DNA from: Vicingaceae bacterium
GTDB taxonomy: Bacteria > Bacteroidota > Bacteroidia > Flavobacteriales_E > Vicingaceae
NCBI GenBank assembly: GCA_037969435.1
Contig: JBBKXK010000014.1
Coordinates: 3,526-67,525, forward strand
Reading direction: 5' to 3'
DNA: 64,000 nucleotides
Both the position numbers and the translations under genes were made by a program. The notes beneath the pieces were generated by a model that searched no databases, was not told the DNA's origin, and saw nothing but the letters and a program-made list of their open reading frames with translations. How positions within the stretch are numbered: the stretch's first letter is position 1; each line of letters starts with the position of its first letter. Positions 1 through 9,629 of the stretch are shown here, piece after piece.

Positions 1-1244
1 CTCTAACATACTTAATTCCACTTACACTACCCTTCTTCGGCTTTAACAGTATTAGCTGGAAAGTACTATCTGCTAATGCAGGATTAGTTTCATTTTATAT
101 GTTATTTGTTACAATAATGATTGTAAGGAAGGGTTATCAACCAGCTAAATATTTTCTGGTTGCTTGGTCAATATTTTTATTAGGAGTTATAGGCTTTGTT
201 CTCAAAAACGTAGGGATTTTACCTTTTAACGATTATACTCGATATACAATGCAAATTGGATCTGCTATAGAAACTATTTTACTTTCATTGGCGTTAGCAT
301 CAAGAATAAATCTATATAAAAAAGAACGACTTGAAGCTCTAGAAGGAAAAGAAAAATTAGTAAGGGAACAAAATATTGTTTTAGAAAAAACAGTAAGAGA
401 ACGTACACTTGAATTAGAAAACACATTGGTTGACTTAAAAGAAACTCAAAGTCAGTTAGTAGATGCTGAAAAAATGTCGTCATTAGGTCAGCTTACTGCA
501 GGCATTGCTCACGAAATAAATAACCCTATCAATTTTGTCTCTTCTAACATACCTCCCTTAAAACAAGATTTAGATGACATTAACACTATCCTAAAGAAAT
601 ACGAAGAAATAACCCCTACCAACATAGATAGTAAACTTAAAGAAATTGAGGCATTAAAAGAAGAATTAGATTTTGAATACCTAAAAGCAGAATTGCCCAC
701 TATAATTAGTGGTATTGAAGATGGAGCTAAACGAACCCAAGAAATTGTTCGTGGGTTAAGAAATTTTTCACGACTTGATGAAGTAGAATTCCAGTTAGCT
801 AATATTAATGAAGGTATTGAATCCACAGTAGTTTTAATTAAAAACAAATTAAATGATATTAAGTTGGTGAAAAAATTACAAGCTATACCAACTATAGAAT
901 GTTATCCTGGTAAATTGAATCAATTATTTATGAATATTATTGATAATGCTATTGGTGCTATAGAAGTAAAAAAATCAGCAGAAGTTGGTGAAATAACTAT
1001 TAACACATCTAACGATACAAGTTTTGTTTACATAACAATTAAAGACAATGGTATTGGAATGGACGCTAATTCTAAATCTAAAATGTTTGAACCTTTTTAC
1101 ACTACAAAACCTGTTGGATCTGGTACTGGATTAGGACTTTCAATTGCTCACACCATTATAAAAAACCATAAAGGTGAAATACAAGTTGAAACGGAAGAAA
1201 ACATTGGAACAGAAATAACTATTAAACTTGCCATAAAACAATAG
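1..1244 (+). CDS. Sensor histidine kinase with 7TMR-DISM-type membrane module (5' end cut by window edge)
   Basis: Frame is open from nt 3 up to the listed ATG at 99 (LTYLIPLTLPFFGF... continues a TM bundle), so the gene starts upstream of the window. Coiled coil, then H-box 'AGIAHEINNPINF', N-box 'NIIDNAIGA', G-boxes 'DNGIGM' and 'GSGTGLGLS'. Confidence 0.85.
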   Translation, partial: LTYLIPLTLPFFGFNSISWKVLSANAGLVSFYMLFVTIMIVRKGYQPAKYFLVAWSIFLLGVIGFVLKNVGILPFNDYTRYTMQIGSAIETILLSLALASRINLYKKERLEALEGKEKLVREQNIVLEKTVRERTLELENTLVDLKETQSQLVDAEKMSSLGQLTAGIAHEINNPINFVSSNIPPLKQDLDDINTILKKYEEITPTNIDSKLKEIEALKEELDFEYLKAELPTIISGIEDGAKRTQEIVRGLRNFSRLDEVEFQLANINEGIESTVVLIKNKLNDIKLVKKLQAIPTIECYPGKLNQLFMNIIDNAIGAIEVKKSAEVGEITINTSNDTSFVYITIKDNGIGMDANSKSKMFEPFYTTKPVGSGTGLGLSIAHTIIKNHKGEIQVETEENIGTEITIKLAIKQ

Positions 1245-1246
1245 TA

Positions 1247-2632
1247 ATGGAGAAAGTAAAAATACTTTACATAGATGATGAAATAGGGAATTTAAATGCA
1301 TTTAAAGCTTCCTTTAGGAGAGAGTTTAAAATTCATACAGCCCTTTCAGCCGGTGAAGGAATTGAAATTTTAAGAAATAATCCTATCGAAATAATTATTG
1401 CTGACCAACGAATGCCCGAAAAAACAGGAGTAGATTTTTTTGAATCAATTCTTAAAGAGTTTCCTAATCCTATCCGAATTTTATTAACGGGATATAGCGA
1501 TATTCATGCTACTATTGATGCTATTAATAAAGGAAGAATCTATCGATATGTAACTAAGCCATGGAATGAATTTGACCTAAAACTTACCATCGAAAATGCG
1601 CATCAATTATATCTTTTAAAAGAACATAACGACAAACTTACTTTAAAATATCAGCGTGTATTTTCTGAAACAACTGACCCTATTATTTTGTTTGATACCA
1701 AAGGGCGAATTATTGATTATAATAAAGCAACATTATCATTAGTAAACGAAGTAAGCAAAAGTTTAACTTTTTCATCTATAAATTCAACTATTCTTAATAA
1801 ATCAGATATAAAACATATTATCCATATAATTTGGGAAAAACGAATTATAAAAGACTATGAATGTGAGATAATAACTCAAACAGGTGAAAGAAAAACTTGT
1901 TTAATTTCTGGCAATACTATTAATAATAGTCATGGTAAAGTAATTAGCTACCTAGCTATTATTAAAGATATTACTGAAAGAAATAAAATGAATCAGTTGT
2001 TACTTAAAAAAACAATTGAAACACAAGAAGAAGAAAGAGAAAGAATTGCACGTGACTTACATGATGGAGTTGGTCAATCTTTAGCAGCCATCAAATTGCA
2101 ATTCGAAAGTTTGAAAGCCAATTATCATCAAGAAAAAAATATTAAAGCTAACCTAGAAGCTTTTCCAGAAATATTGCATGGCGCTATTCAAGAGTTAAGA
2201 CGTATTTGTTTTAATGCTTTACCTATCGTTTTACAAGAACATGGATTAATCAAAGCAATTGAAGAGATAAAAATAAATATGTCAACCCCTGATTTTATTA
2301 TAAAATCTAACTATCCTGATAAACCCATTATTATTGACAATTCTTTAGAAATATCCATTTTTAGAATTATTCAAGAATTTATAAATAATAGCGCTAAACA
2401 CAGTCATGCAACCGAAGTAAATATAAGCCTAAGCAATACCGCCCATTACCTAATTTTAAATTTAGAAGATAATGGTGTCGGCTTTGATACAAAAAAAATA
2501 TCAACAAAAAGCAGAGGGTTAAAAAACATTAAAAATAGAGTAGAATCCTTACAAGGAAAAATAGAAATAATAAGTAAACAAAATTTGGGAACAGAATTTA
2601 ATATCCAATTCCCTTCACACCAAATAAATTAA
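1247..2632 (+). CDS. Hybrid REC-PAS-histidine kinase (HisKA_3 / NarX-DegS-type H-box + HATPase_c)
   Basis: Receiver motifs 'ILYIDDE', 'IIIADQRMPEKTG', 'TKPW'. PAS-like middle region. H-box 'RIARDLHDGVGQSL'. ATPase boxes 'EDNGVGF' and 'GTEF'. Starts 2 nt after the upstream kinase stop. Confidence 0.85.
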   Translation: MEKVKILYIDDEIGNLNAFKASFRREFKIHTALSAGEGIEILRNNPIEIIIADQRMPEKTGVDFFESILKEFPNPIRILLTGYSDIHATIDAINKGRIYRYVTKPWNEFDLKLTIENAHQLYLLKEHNDKLTLKYQRVFSETTDPIILFDTKGRIIDYNKATLSLVNEVSKSLTFSSINSTILNKSDIKHIIHIIWEKRIIKDYECEIITQTGERKTCLISGNTINNSHGKVISYLAIIKDITERNKMNQLLLKKTIETQEEERERIARDLHDGVGQSLAAIKLQFESLKANYHQEKNIKANLEAFPEILHGAIQELRRICFNALPIVLQEHGLIKAIEEIKINMSTPDFIIKSNYPDKPIIIDNSLEISIFRIIQEFINNSAKHSHATEVNISLSNTAHYLILNLEDNGVGFDTKKISTKSRGLKNIKNRVESLQGKIEIISKQNLGTEFNIQFPSHQIN

Positions 2633-2637
2633 ACGTT

Positions 2638-3276
2638 ATGGAAAAAATAAATGTACTCTTAGTAGATGATCATAAATTAATTAGAGATGGTCTTAAATCA
2701 ATAATAAATACTACAAAAAATATAACTGTTGTTAACGAGTTTAGTGGTGGAAAAGATGCTATTAAATTTTTAGAAAAAGAAGCTAACAGTATTGATGTTA
2801 TTTTAATGGATATCACTATGCCTGAACTAAATGGTATTGACGCTACTGAAATAATAAAAAAATTACATCCTAAAATGAAAATCATTGCATTAACAATGCA
2901 TTCCGAAGAGGCTTACATTATTAAAATGATTAAAGCCGGTGCTTTAGGCTATATTTTAAAAGATTCTAGTAAAGAAATTTTAATTGAAGCGATTGAAACA
3001 GTGGCAAAAAATGAAAAGTATTATAGTTATGAAGTTTCCATGAAACTAATCACTATGTTTTTAGATGATGACAAACCTAATGACCCTCAGTTATCTGCTA
3101 GAGAATTAGAAATTATTAAACACATAGCTCAAGGTTGCACCAATAAAGAAATAGCTATACAAATAGATATTAGTGACAGAACGGTAGAAACCCATAGAAG
3201 AAACATCATTAAAAAACTAAATGTAAAAAATACAGCAGAACTAGTGAGTTATTCTTTAAAAAATGGACTAGCCTAG
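2638..3276 (+). CDS. LuxR/NarL-family response regulator (REC + LuxR HTH)
   Basis: 'VLLVDDH', 'VILMDITMPELNG', and C-terminal 'LSARELEIIKHIAQGCTNKEIAIQIDISDRTVETHRRNIIKKL'. Confidence 0.9.
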   Translation: MEKINVLLVDDHKLIRDGLKSIINTTKNITVVNEFSGGKDAIKFLEKEANSIDVILMDITMPELNGIDATEIIKKLHPKMKIIALTMHSEEAYIIKMIKAGALGYILKDSSKEILIEAIETVAKNEKYYSYEVSMKLITMFLDDDKPNDPQLSARELEIIKHIAQGCTNKEIAIQIDISDRTVETHRRNIIKKLNVKNTAELVSYSLKNGLA

Positions 3277-3295
3277 AGTTTTATTTTAATATTGA

Positions 3296-3326
3296 AAATA
3301 TTCATTTAATGAATATTTAATTTTTT
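3296..3326 (+). terminator. Weak AT-rich hairpin + T-run after the LuxR regulator
   Basis: aaatattca / tgaatattt 9-bp stem (3296-3304 / 3310-3318) followed by tttttt at 3321-3326. The stem is almost entirely A/T. Confidence 0.35.
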
Positions 3327-3525
3327 AATAATTTTTATTATCAAAATATAAATTTGATTTTTATATTTTATTCGAAACATTGAAACTTTTATTTCAAAAA
3401 ATAAGTATTAGTATATAGAGCTCCCAAACTAGTTTGATTTTTCGTTCTTAGAACTACATTAAATTGAAATTCATTACTTGAATTTTAGAGGCAAAAATAT
3501 TGGTTAAACTTAAAACTTAGAAATC

Positions 3526-4260
3526 ATGAAAACTATATACACATACTCCGTAATATTTGCATTTATTTTATTCAATTTAAACTTACACGCAAATAACCCC
3601 TCTATTCCTAAAGGAATTATCTATCAATTATCAGTAAAAAGTATAGACATTAATAAATCTCGTTCTGTAGTTGTTGAATACCCTTTTTTAAGAAAGGTTA
3701 TGACTAAAGGAACTTTCGAATATCAGTTTGGAAAATATGAAAACTATAATGCTGTAGATTCTGTTAAAACATTATTAGTAAATGTTGGTTGCACAGATGT
3801 AAAAGTATTGGCTTACAACAATCACATCGAAATACCTTTAACAGAAGCAATTTCTTTACAATACAAAGATGAAGTATTAACTAAAAATAACACCATTAAA
3901 AAAGTTGCTAAAACTATCACAACTAAAGAGGTTAACTATTTAATACAAGTTCAACAATCTGGTTTAAAACATTATTACTCGCTAGCAATTCCTGTTACAT
4001 CAGTAGAAACTGTAGATATGATTTTAGAAGAAATTGGCAACGAACAAGTAATAGAAATAAGTGTTGACAACAATCTATACTCTATTGGTAAATACACCTC
4101 TTTTGATGAAGTTATAGCAGCACGTAAGCAGTTTATTGAAAGTAAAATTTACGATGTATTTATAATGGCTCAAATAACTGATGACAGAATAAACCAAGAA
4201 GACTCTAATAATTTAGCTTTAACTATACAAACTGTAGTTAACGAATTAGCCTCTAAGTAA
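3526..4260 (+). CDS. Secreted hypothetical protein with two SPOR-like repeats (tentative)
   Basis: N-terminal signal-like peptide 'VIFAFILFNLNLHA'. Two segments fit the SPOR-style pattern (Y-x-L/I-Q ... G-K-Y ... A ... V/I): 'IYQLSV...YQFGKYENYNAVDSV' and 'YLIQVQQ...YSIGKYTSFDEVIAARKQF'. Confidence 0.5.
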   Translation: MKTIYTYSVIFAFILFNLNLHANNPSIPKGIIYQLSVKSIDINKSRSVVVEYPFLRKVMTKGTFEYQFGKYENYNAVDSVKTLLVNVGCTDVKVLAYNNHIEIPLTEAISLQYKDEVLTKNNTIKKVAKTITTKEVNYLIQVQQSGLKHYYSLAIPVTSVETVDMILEEIGNEQVIEISVDNNLYSIGKYTSFDEVIAARKQFIESKIYDVFIMAQITDDRINQEDSNNLALTIQTVVNELASK

Positions 4261-4291
4261 ACCTATGTTATCTTTGTGTATCTTTGCCTTA

Positions 4292-6175
4292 ATGGTAAAA
4301 GATACACATAAGGTAACTGATTGGCTTCCTACAACAAAAAAAGAAGCTGAATTAAGAGGTTGGGATGAATTAGATGTAATTCTCTTTAGCGGTGATGCTT
4401 ATGTTGACCACCCTGCTTTTGGTGCTGCTGTTGTTGGCAGAATTATAGAAAATATGGGCTTACGAATTGCCATTGTTCCACAACCAAACTGGAAAGATGA
4501 TTTAAGAGATTTTAAAAAATTAGGTACTCCTAGATTATTTTTTGGTGTAACTGCAGGTTGTATGGATCCTATGGTAAACCATTATACTGCTGGTAAAAGA
4601 AGAAGATCTAACGATGCCTATACACCTGGGGGAGAAGCTGGGTTTAGACCCGATTACGCAACAACTGTTTACAGTAATATTCTTAAAGATTTGTTTCCTG
4701 ATGTACCTATTGTAATTGGTGGTATTGAAGCTTCCTTGCGAAGAGTTACTCATTACGATTATTGGTCTGACCAATTAAAACCAAGTATTTTAGAAGACTC
4801 AAAAGCTGACTTGTTAATTTATGGAATGGGTGAGCAACCTCTTAGAGAAGTAATTACTTTATTAGAAAAAGGCTTGCCTTTTGACTCTTTAAAAACCATT
4901 AAACAAACAGCTTTTATACAAAACAGTAGTGTTCAATTACCAAAAAATAAAAATTGGGAAGATTTAAAATTAGCATCACACAAAGATTGCTTAGCAGACA
5001 AAAAAACGTTTGCTAGTAATTTTAAACATGTTGAACAAGAATCTAATAAATTATATGCCAACCGTTTGTTTCAAGAAATAGACGAGAAAACATTAGTCAT
5101 CAATCCTCCTTACCATACCATGACAGAAAAGGAAATTGATGCTTCTTTTGATTTACCATATACCCGATTACCTCATCCTAAATACAAAAAAAGAGGTCCT
5201 ATTCCTTCTTTTGAAATGATTAAGTTTTCCATTAATATGCATCGTGGTTGTTTTGGAGGGTGTAGTTTTTGTACCATTTCGGCACACCAAGGAAAGTTTA
5301 TTGCAAGCCGTTCTCAAGAATCCATTTTAAAGGAAGTAGATAAAGTAACGGCTATGGATGACTTTAAAGGATACATTAGTGATTTAGGAGGTCCTTCAGC
5401 CAACATGTACAAAATGAAAGGTAAGATACAATCCATCTGTGATAAATGTGTGAGTCCTTCTTGTATATCACCAACTATTTGCCACAATTTAGATACCTCA
5501 CACAAACCTTTAACTGAAATTTATAAAGCAGTTAACGAAAATCCAAAAGTAAAAAAAGCTTTTGTTGGCAGTGGTATTCGTTATGATATGTTGGTGCCAG
5601 AATTTAATAAAAAAGCAGATCCACAAGATTTGTTAGATTACACAGAGCAGGTTGTTAAAAATCATGTTTCGGGGCGATTAAAAGTTGCTCCAGAACATAC
5701 CTCTGATGATGTTTTAAAAATAATGAGAAAGCCTTCTTTTAAATATTTTCATTCATTCAAAAAAACATTTGACAACATTAACAAAAAGTATAATCTCAAC
5801 CAAAAATTGATTCCTTACTTTATTTCGAGCCACCCAGCTTGTAAACTAGAAGACATGGCAAATTTAGCTGCTGAGACTAAAGACATGGGCTTTCAGTTAG
5901 AGCAAGTAAACGATTTTACGCCAACACCAATGACGGTTGCCACTGTAATTTATTATTCTGGCTACCACCCTTATACGCTTAAACCAATAGCTACACCTAA
6001 AACTTCTAAAGAAAAAACTGACCAAAACCGTTTTTTCTTTTGGTATAAAAAAGAAAATCAAAGTTGGATTAAAGATGTTTTGTTAAAAACTGATAGGAAA
6101 GAACTCTTGAATAAATTATTGCCTCAAAATAGAAAGCCAGTCTTTTCTAAAAATAAAACACATAGTCGCAAATAA
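4292..6175 (+). CDS. ygiQ: YgiQ-family radical SAM protein (UPF0313)
   Basis: 'LPTTKKEAELRGWDELDVILFSGDAYVDHPAFG' N-terminus and radical-SAM cluster motif 'CFGGCSFCTISAHQG'. ATG at 4292 is preferred over the listed 4265 because two TAtcTTTG -7-like boxes lie at 4269-4276 and 4279-4286. Confidence 0.9.
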   Translation: MVKDTHKVTDWLPTTKKEAELRGWDELDVILFSGDAYVDHPAFGAAVVGRIIENMGLRIAIVPQPNWKDDLRDFKKLGTPRLFFGVTAGCMDPMVNHYTAGKRRRSNDAYTPGGEAGFRPDYATTVYSNILKDLFPDVPIVIGGIEASLRRVTHYDYWSDQLKPSILEDSKADLLIYGMGEQPLREVITLLEKGLPFDSLKTIKQTAFIQNSSVQLPKNKNWEDLKLASHKDCLADKKTFASNFKHVEQESNKLYANRLFQEIDEKTLVINPPYHTMTEKEIDASFDLPYTRLPHPKYKKRGPIPSFEMIKFSINMHRGCFGGCSFCTISAHQGKFIASRSQESILKEVDKVTAMDDFKGYISDLGGPSANMYKMKGKIQSICDKCVSPSCISPTICHNLDTSHKPLTEIYKAVNENPKVKKAFVGSGIRYDMLVPEFNKKADPQDLLDYTEQVVKNHVSGRLKVAPEHTSDDVLKIMRKPSFKYFHSFKKTFDNINKKYNLNQKLIPYFISSHPACKLEDMANLAAETKDMGFQLEQVNDFTPTPMTVATVIYYSGYHPYTLKPIATPKTSKEKTDQNRFFFWYKKENQSWIKDVLLKTDRKELLNKLLPQNRKPVFSKNKTHSRK

Positions 6176-6300
6176 AACTCTTCTTTATCATATTTCAAAT
6201 ATACAATTAACTAAAGTCAACAACCCGACAGTTATTTTAGTTAAGCATTCGTTACTTTGTATTAATTAGTTATCTTTAATGATAAACTAAAAAAGCATTT

Positions 6301-6981
6301 ATGGCTACAGAAACTAAGCTTTGGCACCTCGAAAATTTTAATCTTTTTAAAACGCTTTCTGCGTTAGAAAAAATAACCATGTCAACCAAAGTAAAGCATG
6401 ACCATTTAAAAAAGAATGAATACATCTATTTTCCTGATGACCCTTCTTCAGCTATTTTTTTCTTAAAAGGAGGGAGAGTGAAAATTGGTTCTTATTCTGA
6501 TAATGGAAAAGAAATTATTAAAGCCATTTTAAACCCAGGTGAAGTTTTTGGAGAATTAAGTTTAGCCGGAGAAGAAAAAAGAAATGATTTTGCCATTGCT
6601 TTAGACAACAAAATAACCGTTTGTTCTTTAAGTATGGAGGATATGGAAGCCATGATTGAAAAGAACCCAATGATAGGTTTAAAAATTACCAAGCTAATTG
6701 GTTTTAGGTTACAAAAAATTGAACGAAGGTTAGAGTCGTTAGTTTTTAAAGATGCTCGAAGTAGAATTGTAGATTTTATTGTTGATTTAGGTAATGAAAA
6801 AGGCAAAGCTATCGGTAAAGAAATATTGGTAAAGCATAATTTAACTCATTTAGATATTGCCAACCTAACCGCAACATCTCGACAAACGGTAACTACTGTT
6901 TTAAATGATTTAAAAGATAAAGATTTAATTTATTTAGAACGTAATCAATTTTTAATTAGAGAAATCAACCAATTAAAATAA
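6301..6981 (+). CDS. Crp/Fnr-family transcriptional regulator
   Basis: cNMP-binding-like beta-roll ('FFLKGGRVKI', 'GEVFGELSL') plus C-terminal HTH ('LTHLDIANLTATSRQTVTTVLNDL'). Confidence 0.85.
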   Translation: MATETKLWHLENFNLFKTLSALEKITMSTKVKHDHLKKNEYIYFPDDPSSAIFFLKGGRVKIGSYSDNGKEIIKAILNPGEVFGELSLAGEEKRNDFAIALDNKITVCSLSMEDMEAMIEKNPMIGLKITKLIGFRLQKIERRLESLVFKDARSRIVDFIVDLGNEKGKAIGKEILVKHNLTHLDIANLTATSRQTVTTVLNDLKDKDLIYLERNQFLIREINQLK

Positions 6982-7236
6982 TTGAAAAAGCTATCTTCAT
7001 ACCAACTATTTATTAGCTCCGCATGTAATTGTTGTGATAAAGTTATCCATCAATTAAAACATGACAAACTTGACATTACCACAGTTAATATTGATAAAGA
7101 CACTTACCAACTCCCTTTTAGCGTAATGATGTTGCCAGCTTTGATTAAAGAAGAAAAACTAATTGCTTACGGTGCCAACGATATTTTAAAACACCTAAAA
7201 GAACTTAATTGTAAGCAGGACATTCATAGTCTTTAG
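6982..7236 (+). CDS. Small thioredoxin-fold (glutaredoxin-like) protein, TTG start
   Basis: 84 aa with 'SACNCCD' (CxxC) near the N-terminus and a beta-alpha-beta pattern. Begins directly after the Crp/Fnr stop. Its 3' end overlaps the convergent PorP/SprF gene by 32 nt. Confidence 0.5.
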   Translation: MKKLSSYQLFISSACNCCDKVIHQLKHDKLDITTVNIDKDTYQLPFSVMMLPALIKEEKLIAYGANDILKHLKELNCKQDIHSL

Positions 7237-8143
7237 AGCCACCTGCTTCTCCCATCCCTCCACCTTTACAAGGACTAAAGCTAATCATAATTTCATGTCC
7301 ATAGTTTCCTTGTAATTGATTTAAAGGATAATCAAAAGCATAACCTATCCCAAATGTTCCAAAATTAAATTTTAATTGAGCAATGGCCGATTCCCCAACT
7401 CTATAGCCAACACCTAGGGTTATGTTTTGATAATATTGCCAAGCTAAATTTAAGTCTAAAGCTGGAGGCCCCATTACATTTTGCTTTAATAACGCTGATT
7501 TAAAAAAGGTCCAACTACCGTGTTTTGATTTATGTCCTGCACCAAAATAATATTGATTAATTTGTTTTTCTTCTTGACCTAAATTAATGTTTTTAAAATA
7601 TAATTGGTTAATAGAAAAACTCCAATACATGCTTTTACTATATAATAAAATGCCTGGCATAATATCTGGGTAACGAATAACAGAACCTGCAGCTGCTGCT
7701 AGAACAGGGTCAGGATTAATGTCTCCACCAAAAACATTGTCAGTAGAATATTGTTGTATTCCAGCAAAGATCCCTAACCCCATTGTATATTTTGATGATA
7801 TTTTTGTATGGTATGCATAACCTAATTTTAAAGCTGTTCTCGTTGTCAAATGCACATCATCTTGTTCTACATATATCCCAGCAGCATGTCTTCCTCTACC
7901 ACTCGTGTAAGTTCTTTTTCCTAATTTTTTATGTACACTAAAAAAAGAAGAACGAGGAGCCCCTCTAAAACCTAACCATTGTATTCTTGTTCCAGCTCTA
8001 ACATCTAAGCATTTTGATGTTCCAGCAAATGCTGGGTTATATCCAAAATTGTTAAATGTATATTGAGAATATTGAACAGATTGTTGAGCAAACAATACTA
8101 TTGAAAAGAAAAAAAAGAATATGAAAGTAAGGTTCTTATTCAT
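7205..8143 (-). CDS. PorP/SprF-family type IX secretion membrane protein
   Basis: Signal peptide, then the family-typical start 'QQSVQYSQYTFNNFGYNPAFAG'. Beta-barrel-like alternating pattern throughout. Confidence 0.85.
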   Translation of the reverse strand: MNKNLTFIFFFFFSIVLFAQQSVQYSQYTFNNFGYNPAFAGTSKCLDVRAGTRIQWLGFRGAPRSSFFSVHKKLGKRTYTSGRGRHAAGIYVEQDDVHLTTRTALKLGYAYHTKISSKYTMGLGIFAGIQQYSTDNVFGGDINPDPVLAAAAGSVIRYPDIMPGILLYSKSMYWSFSINQLYFKNINLGQEEKQINQYYFGAGHKSKHGSWTFFKSALLKQNVMGPPALDLNLAWQYYQNITLGVGYRVGESAIAQLKFNFGTFGIGYAFDYPLNQLQGNYGHEIMISFSPCKGGGMGEAGGSKDYECPAYN

Positions 8144-8980
8144 TTATCTAAAAACTGAAATTGGTCCTTGAAAAATCAGTTCATCCTGCTTTTCATATTT
8201 TATTTTAATAATATAATAATAGGTAGAAACAGGCATGTCAGTCCCAACATATTTTGCGTCCCATCCATCAGTATTATCATAACCTTTTTTATGATAAACT
8301 CGTTGCCCCCATCTATCAAAAACATAAACTTCATTGTTAGGATATAAATCTATAAAAGCAATTTTCCAGGTATCATTATTTCCATCCCCATTTGGAGTAA
8401 TAACCTCTGTGGGTATTGGTGTTGGACACTCTAAAACAGTCATATCCACCCAAAAAGTATCAACACAACCACCTCCATCTTGAATTACTAATGGATAGGA
8501 AGATACCGTTATATCAGAGTAAAGTTCTTGTTGCCCTAAATCTCCCGCATCAGTATAAAAATTATAAGTGAAAGGCGGATTATCACCAGTAACATTTAAA
8601 ATTTGCACATCAGCAACAGGCTGGTTACACTCTTCGATAATTACGGTGTATTCTACGTTTGTTTCAACGTTTATTAGATTATAACTCGAAAAAGCAGAAT
8701 CTAAAGGACATCCGCTTGAAGAAATCATATATAATTCGAGGTACAAAAAATTAGCCGAAGAAACTACAAAAGAAGCTGTTGAAACAGTATCTCCATTTAT
8801 TACCCAAAAATATTGAGGTGCTGCCCCTCCATTTGTTGGAACTGCAGTGTAAGTTACATCTGTATTTTTACATACTGGATTTGGGTGGCTTGCCGTAATT
8901 TGAACAGAAACTGGACATTGTGCATTAACTATTAATGCAGCAAATAAAAAAACAACAATTCCAGCAATTTTTTTCATCAC
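8144..8980 (-). CDS. T9SS type-B sorting-domain (gliding-motility-associated C-terminal domain) protein
   Basis: Signal peptide. C-terminal 'ITPNGDGNNDTWKI...VFDRWGQRVY...YYYIIKI...ISVFR'. Its stop abuts the PorP/SprF start (0 nt gap). Confidence 0.85.
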   Translation of the reverse strand: MMKKIAGIVVFLFAALIVNAQCPVSVQITASHPNPVCKNTDVTYTAVPTNGGAAPQYFWVINGDTVSTASFVVSSANFLYLELYMISSSGCPLDSAFSSYNLINVETNVEYTVIIEECNQPVADVQILNVTGDNPPFTYNFYTDAGDLGQQELYSDITVSSYPLVIQDGGGCVDTFWVDMTVLECPTPIPTEVITPNGDGNNDTWKIAFIDLYPNNEVYVFDRWGQRVYHKKGYDNTDGWDAKYVGTDMPVSTYYYIIKIKYEKQDELIFQGPISVFR

Positions 8981-9044
8981 ACAAACTTACTATTATTTTT
9001 TTCAGAATAATTTATTTTAATAAGCATATATTGTAATGCTAAAG

Positions 9045-9116
9045 TAGCCCCGCTAGGAATCGAACCTAGATCTACAGTTTAGGAAACTACTATTCTATCC
9101 ATTGAACTACGGGGCT
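9045..9116 (-). tRNA. tRNA-Arg (anticodon CCT)
   Basis: Hand-folded cloverleaf on the minus strand. Acceptor agccccg/cggggct, T-arm ctagg-ttcgatt-cctag, anticodon loop tt-CCT-aa. No encoded CCA. Confidence 0.85.
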
Positions 9117-9218
9117 AGAATTTAATAACAAAAATAAAGATTGTTTGTATTTTATTTAACCCCTATTTAATCTACTTTTAAAAGAGTTCTTTATATCTTT
9201 ACCTCATTATTTAAAGTG

Positions 9219-9629
9219 ATGTCTAAAATAATTTTAAGTTTAGAGGAAGATTACGATTTTGCTTTATTAGGCATAAGTTGTCATACGAAAGATTATAGAT
9301 TGTGTTGGGAGTTAAATAAAGTGCTTAACTTTGACTTAATTAGGTCTGAAGATTTAGAAATCAGTAAAGCCTCTATTGATAAATACTCTTTTTACGAGTT
9401 TATAGATGAAGATAATTATTTAGAATACTATTTAATTTCTAACAGAGGTAATAGTGGATATTTAGTGCCAGAACATAAAAAAGTAGATTTCTTTTTTATG
9501 ATAAAGGGTAATATTTCTGATTTCTTAATTGATGATATCTTATCTAAAGTAAACTCTTTAGCATTAGTTTTAACATCATTTAAAATAGATCCAAACCAAT
9601 TAAAATCAAAACAAAACTTATTGTTTTAA
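9219..9629 (+). CDS. IPExxxVDY-family conserved hypothetical protein (recalled family name)
   Basis: 'LVPEHKKVDFFFMIKG' fits the IPExxxVDY signature. Sits immediately upstream of pyk and overlaps it by 1 nt. Confidence 0.6.
   Translation: MSKIILSLEEDYDFALLGISCHTKDYRLCWELNKVLNFDLIRSEDLEISKASIDKYSFYEFIDEDNYLEYYLISNRGNSGYLVPEHKKVDFFFMIKGNISDFLIDDILSKVNSLALVLTSFKIDPNQLKSKQNLLF

Noticed and set aside
9045-9116. tRNA-Arg as an integration site for the neighbouring T9SS cargo/PorP pair
   Set aside because: No integrase, no recognisable duplicated tRNA 3' segment and no compositional discontinuity that I could see by eye.
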